Positions 36,440 through 44,300 of a stretch of DNA of 64,000 bases are shown here, piece after piece. Source of the DNA: an uncultured Clostridia bacterium (lineage in GTDB: Bacteria; Bacillota; Clostridia; TANB77; CAG-508). The translations under genes and the position numbers were made by a program. The notes beneath the pieces were generated by a model. It did no database searches, was not told the DNA's origin, and worked only from the letters and a program-made list of their open reading frames with translations. The number at the start of each line of letters is the position of its first letter. The stretch's first letter is position 1. Location: contig CANQHU010000001.1 of NCBI GenBank assembly GCA_947623945.1, positions 15,705 to 79,704 of the forward strand, given 5' to 3'.

Positions 36440-37440
36440 CTAAAAATCACCTTCTAAAAACACGCGAAAAATCACCCTCAAAAAATACCCCTTCCAAACG
36501 GGCTAAAAAACAGGCAAAATTGGAAAAATTTTCCAAGGGGACAAAATGGGGACAAAATTGGGCCTTCGGGGACAAAATTTTGTCCCCATCCTAACACGCA
36601 TAAACACTGGGTTTTTTCGATTTTGGCACTTTTGAGGGGACAAAATGGGGGACATTTTAAAAGTCCAACAAAGCTAGGAAATAAGCCACTTTTTGGGATT
36701 TCTTTTCTCTTTTTGCCCCCATTCTCAAAATCTATATATAGAGCGTAAAATAGAAAAGTTAAGTTTTATATAAAGAGTTGTCAAAAATGGGGACAAAATT
36801 GCAAAAATGCCTTTTCGCCCTTTGTTTATGCGGGTTTGCGGTACTTTTCGGGCGGGGACAAAATTCTCGAACATCTGTTTGGGTGAGCCTCGGAGCCCTT
36901 GATTTTCCTAGCCAAAACAGGGGGACAAAATGGGGACAAAATCGGGGACATTTTTGTCCCCTCGGCGAAATTTTGTCCCCGATTTTTCGTACATATGTTT
37001 GGCAAAATGCCGATTCTTGAGACTATACTTAGGTTTATCGGCATTTTTCGTACATATGTTCGTTTTTTTCGTACATATGTTCGTTTTTTCGTACATATGT
37101 TCTGAACATATGTTTGTTTCCAAACATATGTTTGGGGTTGAATTTCCAAAAACAAACATATGTTCGAGATTTTTGGCTTTATTTTTTCCAAATTTTTCCA
37201 ATTTTGAACCGAACAAGTGTTTGTTTTCTCGAACACTTGTTTGGGTGTTTCTTCGTACATATGTTCGAGAGTGTTTGATACCTCTACCTTATCGAACCCT
37301 TTTGTGTTCAATTACTCCGATTCATCGAACTCCATTTGGTATTCATTCTCTCCCACCCATCGAATACTTTGTGTTCAATCACTCTGACGCATCGAACCCC
37401 AAAAACCATTCGATGTCTCCCACTCATCGAACAAAATAAG
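36440..37440. repeat. Iteron field / probable replication origin (three repeat families + AT-rich DUE)
   Basis: About a dozen GGGGACAAAAT copies (36537-36980), including perfect palindromes ggggacaaaattttgtcccc and ggggacatttttgtcccc. AT-rich tctatatatagagcgtaaaatagaaaagttaagttttatataaag at 36730-36776. About ten (C/T)G(T/A)ACATATGTT(C/T)G palindromes (36988-37270). Six CATCGAA(C) copies and a 32-bp direct repeat (37290-37435). Lies directly upstream of the helicase gene. Confidence 0.6.
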
Positions 37441-37544
37441 AACAGATGTTTTCGTCTTGTTTTTCTGTTTTACCTATGATAAGATAGTAGCACGATGACA
37501 TACGAGACGGAAACCAAATTCCGTCATGAAAGAGGTGAAAGCAT

Positions 37545-39152
37545 ATGAAAGAGGGGTTACGAGACCCGTTGTTCCTGCGTGTGCAATTTTTGAATGTACA
37601 TATGAAGGACAAGGGTACGCCAAGTATCTCTGTACGGTTAAATCTAACCAAAGATAACCTGATTTATGTACAAAATCGAAAGGGACGCGTGGAAGTCATT
37701 GGCTACCAAGACCCGGATTCCGGGCTGTTTGTGGCGGAAGAAAAGGGACAGGCTGAGTGCGTGTACCAGCAATTCCGCAAGAAAGCGGTGGCGTATGCAA
37801 ATGAAGAATTAAATCAGTTCCTTTCCCAATTAGAAAGTTTATCGGACGAGGATTATAAGGAACGGGGCTACCGTCCGTATCCGATATTGGCGGCGGCTTT
37901 AAAGCAATGCCTTGTGGATAGACAAGCCTTATATGCCGATTTGCAAAAGCAGGTGAATTTAATTGCGTCGACCAAATTTCCCAAGGTCAATGAATTTGTG
38001 GCATTTTCCAATGATGAGGTCTTATCGTTTCCGGTGACCGCGCGTCTGCCGTATCGCAATCCGCAGACCGTGACCTTATCGGAAGAACAGAAGATGGAAG
38101 TGGAAACCTTTTTATCCGTTTTCTTCGATGATTATAACCGGTATGTCTTTTCATGGTACTTTGGGGCCGTGTTATCCAATATTCCGATTTATGATGACCG
38201 CATCGGCAAAATGGCCATTTTGAGTAGTCACTTGGGTGGCAGTGGAAAGTCAACCTTGGTCACGGCGCTTTGTGACGCCATGTTATCCGGCTTTTGCGAT
38301 ATCCAAGATGATTTTGATTCATTTTTTGTGGTAGGAAATCGGTTTGGCACTTCGACTTTATCCAGCAAGCGGCTGTCTGTCTATTCCGAGGCTTCGTTTT
38401 CCAACGACCCGTTATCGGATGACCACAATTTTACCGGACTCAATGTCTCCTCTTTAAAGTCGATGATAACCGAGGGCTACATTGCGGCGGAAGAAAAGTT
38501 CGGTGACCGGAATATGGAACGCTTATCGGGTTTTCATCTGGTGCTGACAAACTTCCCTCCATTGGTGACCGCAGAAAACCAAGCGATGAACCGGCGAATT
38601 CTTCCGATTATGATGCGTCCCACGCCGATGAGTGAGAAAGCTAAGCAGTTAAAGCTATGGGGACGACAGACCATGGACGCTTACTTACGGGAAAAGGCGG
38701 AGCTCTTTGCCGCTTACTTTGTTTCTGTTTTCCGGGAAAATGAATATGCGTTTTTGGATATAGACTACAACCATCGGGATTATTTGCGGGATATCAAGGA
38801 TTCCGGTGATGATTTAAATGAAGAATTGAAACAAGACAGAAAGAAATTGGACGCCTTGCGGGCCGATGGATTCTTAAAATGGGTGGAAGGTGTGGAAAAG
38901 AAAGACCAGCTAGACTTATCCGTCTTTAAAGCCGATGTCATGGAAATTGCGGCAGGGGGCGCCCGGGACGGCATTTGTGACCATATTCGGATTTCTACCG
39001 AGTTAAACGGCCGTTTCCTTTATGTGGATGCGTCCAAATCCTTCCTGTTACGCTATGGAACGGCGTCCACCAATTTACGCAACCGGTTAAAGGAATATTA
39101 TGGGGAACCGGCCAAGAAATTCCATCTTCGGATGTTTACAATACCATTTTGA
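37545..39152 (+). CDS. Replication protein: SF3 helicase of the D5 / P4-primase C-terminal type (535 aa)
   Basis: ORF track. Walker A LSSHLGGSGKSTLVTAL, preceded by YNRYVFSWYFGAVLSN. Walker B-like GFHLVLTNFPP. Positioned next to the iterons. Confidence 0.65.
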   Translation: MKEGLRDPLFLRVQFLNVHMKDKGTPSISVRLNLTKDNLIYVQNRKGRVEVIGYQDPDSGLFVAEEKGQAECVYQQFRKKAVAYANEELNQFLSQLESLSDEDYKERGYRPYPILAAALKQCLVDRQALYADLQKQVNLIASTKFPKVNEFVAFSNDEVLSFPVTARLPYRNPQTVTLSEEQKMEVETFLSVFFDDYNRYVFSWYFGAVLSNIPIYDDRIGKMAILSSHLGGSGKSTLVTALCDAMLSGFCDIQDDFDSFFVVGNRFGTSTLSSKRLSVYSEASFSNDPLSDDHNFTGLNVSSLKSMITEGYIAAEEKFGDRNMERLSGFHLVLTNFPPLVTAENQAMNRRILPIMMRPTPMSEKAKQLKLWGRQTMDAYLREKAELFAAYFVSVFRENEYAFLDIDYNHRDYLRDIKDSGDDLNEELKQDRKKLDALRADGFLKWVEGVEKKDQLDLSVFKADVMEIAAGGARDGICDHIRISTELNGRFLYVDASKSFLLRYGTASTNLRNRLKEYYGEPAKKFHLRMFTIPF

Positions 39153-39167
39153 AAGGGGGTAAATTTG

Positions 39168-39371
39168 ATGAAAGAAACGATGTGTTATGTCATCATTTCC
39201 GATTGTGAGCAGACAAGCTGTACGAAAGACTGCAACGGCTGTTCCTTTTACAAGGAAGCGATTGTCCGCCGGCCGTTGTTGCCGGAAATGCAGTCGGAAC
39301 TCGGTCATTCGGTATTCCTCACAAGAGCAGAGGCAGAAGCCCATTTGGTCGAGCCGGCCGTTTTCGTTTGA
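39168..39371 (+). CDS. Small Cys-rich protein (67 aa)
   Basis: ORF track 39165 (TTG). ATG at 39168, 8 nt after GGGGG. Motif CEQTSCTKDCNGC. Confidence 0.45.
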   Translation: MKETMCYVIISDCEQTSCTKDCNGCSFYKEAIVRRPLLPEMQSELGHSVFLTRAEAEAHLVEPAVFV

Positions 39372-39397
39372 ATTTTGTGACAAAAGGAGACAGGATT

Positions 39398-40612
39398 ATG
39401 AAACATTCGATAAAACACCTTTCACCCTCCTTTTTCTTTCTGCTATTTCACGGAATTTATACGATTATCGTCTGTTTGATTGACGATGGATTTGCCAACC
39501 GGTTTGATGTGGATTCCGTGTGCGCGTTTGGCAGCTATTTAGCCATTTCTTGGATAGCTTATATCATATGTAAGATTGGAAAATATGCGTACCGGGCCAC
39601 TGGAGCCCGTGGCTCGACCTGCTTATTGTTGGGCACCTTCAGTGGTGTTTTCAGTGGATGGCTTCTCTTTTTTACGCATCAGACGATTCCGCTTCTTTTT
39701 GCCTTAACGACACGGCAGCGGGAGATAATGAGCCGGCTTTTATTTGCCACAGGTATTAACTGCTGTATCAATGGGGCGAGCGCCGTGTTGGAATTTGATA
39801 TTATCTTTCACGAGCAAAACAAAAAGGTCGTATGGAGTGATATTCTATACTGGGTATTAGCCATTTCATTGGATATGGTGGTTTACTTATCTCACTTACC
39901 GGTACACTGGCTGATTTATGCCACGGTCATTTCCAATTTAGTGTATACCATTGTGTTACTCATTGGCAGCCCCTTATTACAGGAACCGATTCAGTTCTCT
40001 TTCCTTGCCACCGGCCTGCGTCGGGGCGTCGAGGTTGCCATACAGGATATTCTCGCCGTATGTATCACCGTTTGTTATACGATTGGGGCCAGCCATTTAC
40101 CGGAAAAGCAGTATGCCTTGCATTGTATTGCCTTTGGCATTGTCACGATGGGCGAGGAGCTGGCAGTCAGCTTTGACTTTTATACCTTGCAGCGGCTATC
40201 CCACCGAACACAGAATGTGGTAACATATGCGGAGCGGCATATCAAATGGGCCGGATATCTTTTACTGGGAATCACTTTATTCTTATTGCCTCCCTTTTTG
40301 TGGCTGTATCATGGCGTTGTACCATACGGAGAAGTATTCGGCTGGTGTCTGATTTATATGAGCAGTAATGTGCCATTAGTATTTTACTATTTTTACGACG
40401 CTATTTTAAACAGCTTGTCAGAAACAAAGTATCTCTGGATAAGCTCCGTGATTGGGCTCTTTGTCCGACTGCCGTTATTATATTTGGTATTACACTATCA
40501 TTGGGGCCTACTTGGTATGGGTCTGATTGCTCCCATTGACTTTGCGGCTCGGGTTATCTATTTAAAAGCATATGCCCACCGTGCGGAGCAGCATCTCTTG
40601 ACAAAAAGGTAG
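39398..40612 (+). CDS. Polytopic membrane transporter, MATE/MOP-like (404 aa), paralog of 904-2169
   Basis: ORF track 39368-40612. ATG M11 has SD aaaggaga. LIDDGFANRFDVDSVCAFGSY parallels IIDSSFANHLGLDEICVASAC. Confidence 0.5.
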   Translation: MKHSIKHLSPSFFFLLFHGIYTIIVCLIDDGFANRFDVDSVCAFGSYLAISWIAYIICKIGKYAYRATGARGSTCLLLGTFSGVFSGWLLFFTHQTIPLLFALTTRQREIMSRLLFATGINCCINGASAVLEFDIIFHEQNKKVVWSDILYWVLAISLDMVVYLSHLPVHWLIYATVISNLVYTIVLLIGSPLLQEPIQFSFLATGLRRGVEVAIQDILAVCITVCYTIGASHLPEKQYALHCIAFGIVTMGEELAVSFDFYTLQRLSHRTQNVVTYAERHIKWAGYLLLGITLFLLPPFLWLYHGVVPYGEVFGWCLIYMSSNVPLVFYYFYDAILNSLSETKYLWISSVIGLFVRLPLLYLVLHYHWGLLGMGLIAPIDFAARVIYLKAYAHRAEQHLLTKR

Positions 40613-40701
40613 CATTGTGGTATTATGATGTTGGGTGTAATCCACTTTCTTTCCAGTGGGTTTGATGGGGAAAAGTGCTTTGTGAGGCAAAGCACTTTTT
40701 T
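40598..40701 (+). ncRNA. Promoter - ~69-nt transcript - terminator unit (x1)
   Basis: TTGACA 40598-40603, 17 nt, TGgTATTAT 40618-40626 (overlaps the MATE stop codon). Hairpin CCACT/AGTGG. Terminator AAAGTGCTTTG-tgagg-CAAAGCACTTT 40672-40698 plus T run. Confidence 0.4.
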
Positions 40702-40708
40702 CTTTGTC

Positions 40709-40737
40709 TTGACGAAGCATTCGATTCCCCTTATAAT
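40709..40737 (+). promoter_or_regulatory. Promoter TTGACG-17-TATAAT driving the leader of the 65-aa gene
   Basis: TTGACG 40709-40714, TATAAT 40732-40737. Preceded by the module tttttctttgtcttgac, also seen (reverse strand) at 25100-25340. Confidence 0.5.
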
Positions 40738-40795
40738 AAAACTGCTCGCAGTAATACTTTCATTGGCGCCTCTCGTTTTTTACGCAGGGGCGTCA

Positions 40796-40863
40796 TCCCT
40801 AAAAGGAGAAATATCACAAAATGTGAATCTCCCTAAAAGGAGAAATATCACAAAATGTGAATC
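40796..40863 (+). repeat. Perfect 34-bp tandem duplication, each copy with SD-like aaggag, palindrome TCACA-aaa-TGTGA and an ATG-TGA start-stop
   Basis: tccctaaaaggagaaatatcacaaaatgtgaatc occurs twice (40796-40829, 40830-40863). Confidence 0.8.
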
Positions 40864-40927
40864 AAAATCAATTAACCGATTTGTGTCGTAAGTATATAAC
40901 GGAAGTCACCATTTCTTAGGAGGGAAT

Positions 40928-41125
40928 ATGGACTTGTTTATGATGTGTTTGCCATTCATGATATATGTTCATGGAATAGGCAACCAAATTGATTACATTA
41001 CACGGTATTATACAGAAGAGGATATCGAACAGTTAAAACAGCAGAGTCCGGATACGACGATTCCGGCGTGTTTGTTCTTTTTCCTTTCCGTGGGATTAAG
41101 TTTGTGGTCATTATTATCGTTTTAA
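40928..41125 (+). CDS. Small membrane protein (65 aa)
   Basis: ORF track. SD aggagggaatATG. C-terminal TM CLFFFLSVGLSLWSLLSF. Confidence 0.45.
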   Translation: MDLFMMCLPFMIYVHGIGNQIDYITRYYTEEDIEQLKQQSPDTTIPACLFFFLSVGLSLWSLLSF

Positions 41126-41151
41126 TCAGAAAGTTTAGGAGATAACTTCTC

Positions 41152-41328
41152 TTGACAATTTTTTCCATATATGGTATTCTATATATATCACAAAAGATAT
41201 TCTATGTTTCACAAATGAATTTCACATTGCTGTACGAAAGAAAGAAGAACTCTATGTTTCACAAATGAATTTCACATTGCTGTACGAAAGAAAGAAGAAC
41301 CGTCTTGTCCCCGCAAGGCGGTTCTTCT
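41152..41328 (+). ncRNA. Promoter - ~140-nt non-coding transcript built from two 50-nt repeats - long hairpin (x2)
   Basis: TTGACA 41152-41157, 17 nt, TGgTATTCT 41172-41180. The hairpin AGAAGAACCGTCTTG-loop-CAAGGCGGTTCTTCT at 41293-41328 has only a weak U tract. Confidence 0.4.
41201..41300 (+). repeat. Perfect 50-bp tandem duplication containing four TTTCACA half-sites
   Basis: tctatgtttcacaaatgaatttcacattgctgtacgaaagaaagaagaac occurs twice. Confidence 0.85.
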
Positions 41329-41329
41329 C

Positions 41330-41358
41330 TTGCGTATTTGTTTCCTTTCTATTATAAT
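41330..41358 (+). promoter_or_regulatory. Promoter TTGCGT-17-TATAAT of the adhesin gene
   Basis: TTGCGT 41330-41335, TATAAT 41353-41358. SD aaaggaga 5 nt before ATG 41396. Confidence 0.5.
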
Positions 41359-41395
41359 GAAGATAGTGAATGTCACAATAAGAAAGGAGAAATGA

Positions 41396-44300
41396 ATGAT
41401 GCAACATAAAACCATACTTTTGGTTGTGTTCTGTTTACTGGGATTGTTCCTTCATCCGATAATCGGAAAAGCGGAAAGCAAAATGATTTCCATTTCCTCT
41501 TCGGAAGAATGGGATATCTTTTTATCGCAGTCTGACAGTACATGGGACAACCATGAGAATACAATTCATTTACAGGAGGAGACGGATGTTACCATTTCCT
41601 TGTCGGAAGAAATTTCTCTTAAAGAAAATATCACTTTTATGGCGCCGCCTTCGACGACTATCACATTTGATTTTACAAATGGTCAATTTACCGGAATGGG
41701 ACATCTTCTTGTGTCCGATGTATCTTCCGTCATCTTTTCCGGCGAAATGGTCAGTCATATGGAGGTTTCTAATACGAATGTGTCTTGGACGCAATCCCCA
41801 TCTCAAAACTCTTTGGGAATCTTAGATAGCATTTTTACGGAAGCACCCATTACTGTAACGCCAAATAAACCGATTCCCTTTATCTTAAAAGATAGTTCCT
41901 TAACCAATTCGCCTATTATGACACCTCGCACGACTACCGTTTTGATTGACGGCGTGACCTTAGACCATAGTGATGTGCACATCAATACGATACGAATGGG
42001 CGCTGATGTACCATCTCATCAAATTCTGGACAGTACATGGACAGACAGCTCTTTGATATTAGAAGGGGAAACCAGCGGCGGTGGTGTGTTTACTTTTCAA
42101 CAATTAACTTCTTATGATAACACAAAGGGACTTGTTACTTATAACCGGCCTTCTACTTCCGCTAATCTGGGCTTTTTAGCAATGCGTTTAAATGAGGTTC
42201 ATGCCTATCGCTGCAAGGAAAGTCCAACCAAATTCGTCGATGTTTCAATGGGTTGTTATATTTCTTATATTAGAAATTGTTCTTTTGAAGGTACAACAGA
42301 GGCGTCTGACAAAACTGGCCTTCTGGTAGATTATGGTGGAGTGGAAGAAATTAATGGTTTAACGGTTGACCACTTTGGCACGGGTATTTCCATACAATAT
42401 GGAAATGTGAGAGGAGATGCAGTGCAAGCCGTTGGTGATACAGATAAGTTAATCACCAGCGGATATACATCCAGATGTAAAGCTAGTTGGCAGGATTTTC
42501 ATATCAAAAATTGTACAAATGGTGTGGCTGCAAATTATCAGAGTTTTTTTTCTGCGGACAGTGAAATTTTTGATTTTTCTATAGAAGGAATAGAAGACAA
42601 CACGACTGGAGAAGGCTTTGTCATGTATAACGGTTTATCAGATTCTAATTTAACAGACGGGCCAGAATATTTGATACCGAAAGGAAATCTTTATATTCAT
42701 GATGGAGACATTAAAAATTTTAAGATTGGAATGCACTGTTATTCCAGCTCTGCGTGGTATGTTGACAACATTGCGATTCAAAATGTAAATCAAGGCTTAT
42801 ATGCGCAAAATAGTATTGCCGGTATTTTCCGACGAATGCATATCATGAATGGTGTCGGTGAGAATAATCAAGGTCTTTATACAACATCTGCAACAGATTT
42901 TGTATTATTAGATGGCCATATTGATAATTTTAAGACAGGTGGTTATACAGATAGTGGAGTGCCTTTGATAATAGGCGGAACCATTGAAAATTGTGATGTT
43001 GGTTTGACAACTTATCATACTGCAATCTATGGTGTAAAATTCATTCATAATAAAATTGGTTGGAAACAACGCAGTGCACCAAACAGTCTTGGATTTTGTT
43101 TATTTGACGGACAAGATAAAGAAAACGCAATCGGTATAGATTTAAACAATATAGGTACAAGAGCGTGTGTTGGTGTATCAGATGTTTTTGTATTATACCC
43201 GGAGGCTAACACAAAAGAAGGAGAGGGATGTTTTGAAAATTATAATTATATCAAACAATTAGCGTCTATTTCTGAAACTTATTCAGATATCAAAAAATTT
43301 GAAATTAAAAACTGTAAAATAGGAATTGACGCGAATGGAAAAAGTGGAGCGGCCGATGTTGCAGCCGTTTCTATTCACGATTGCCAAACAGGTATGAATT
43401 TACCAAATTATCAGAGTTATTTTGGAGGAGGTGTAGAAGTATATAATTGTGATATTGGTTGTTATTTTGGTTCCATTTATACCATATCAAATATCATGGC
43501 AAAAGACGAGAGTGTAAATTATCCGGTTACTTTCCGAGATTGCAAAATTGGTATGAAACAAAATAAAGAAGAAAATGGGACCATATTAACCAGTGGTATG
43601 GTATCACCCAATTATCCGGCTATTTTATTTGAACAATGTGAAATTGGATTTTATTCTGCTCTTACACTATTACGACAAGTTCCTCTTGGATTTGTCGATA
43701 ATGAAATTGGCTGGAAAATTCCAAATGAATATGGAGAAACCAAAGTAAATAGCTGGTCTCCATTATTGTATCTGAAAGGCAATGAAGTCGGTGTAGATGC
43801 AGAAGAAGACACGCTCCCTGATACTGGGAATGATTTTAACAACTTTACCGCAGATAAATTATATATGCGTGACAATGAAATTGGTTTGCGTCTTACCGGC
43901 CGTGTTTATGTGAATACTTTAATGGATGTAAAAAATTCAGATATTGAAATTGCCAACGAACATGGCCTATTAATTATAGGGGGAGGGGCGTCTAAAGACA
44001 ATGCTCTTACTTTCACGGTTCCAGATACCAGTTTACAAGAAACAGGCCGTTTTGTTGCCACGGGAAAAACCTCTTCTCAAGAGGCAGTCAAAAATGCAGA
44101 AATTACTAATGAAGGTCTGGTGTTAAATCCTGAAGACCCCGGTATTTATCGGTTCACACCAAAAGAGGGAGGTGGTCATCAGCATGATGATAAATTTATC
44201 TCCGGCAGCCCCGGCGACCCCGGCAGCAACTGGTATTTGGTCATCCATAGCGGCTGCTATGTCAATTATGATTATGAAACGAACGGTGGCGAAAGCTGGA

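Noticed and set aside
36778-37439. Track ORFs 36778-37020, 36826-37311, 36899-37105, 36908-37216 and 36930-37439
   Set aside because: They lie entirely within the iteron field and overlap one another on both strands. Their translations are repeat artefacts (e.g. FVHMFVFFVHMFVF), and none has an SD.
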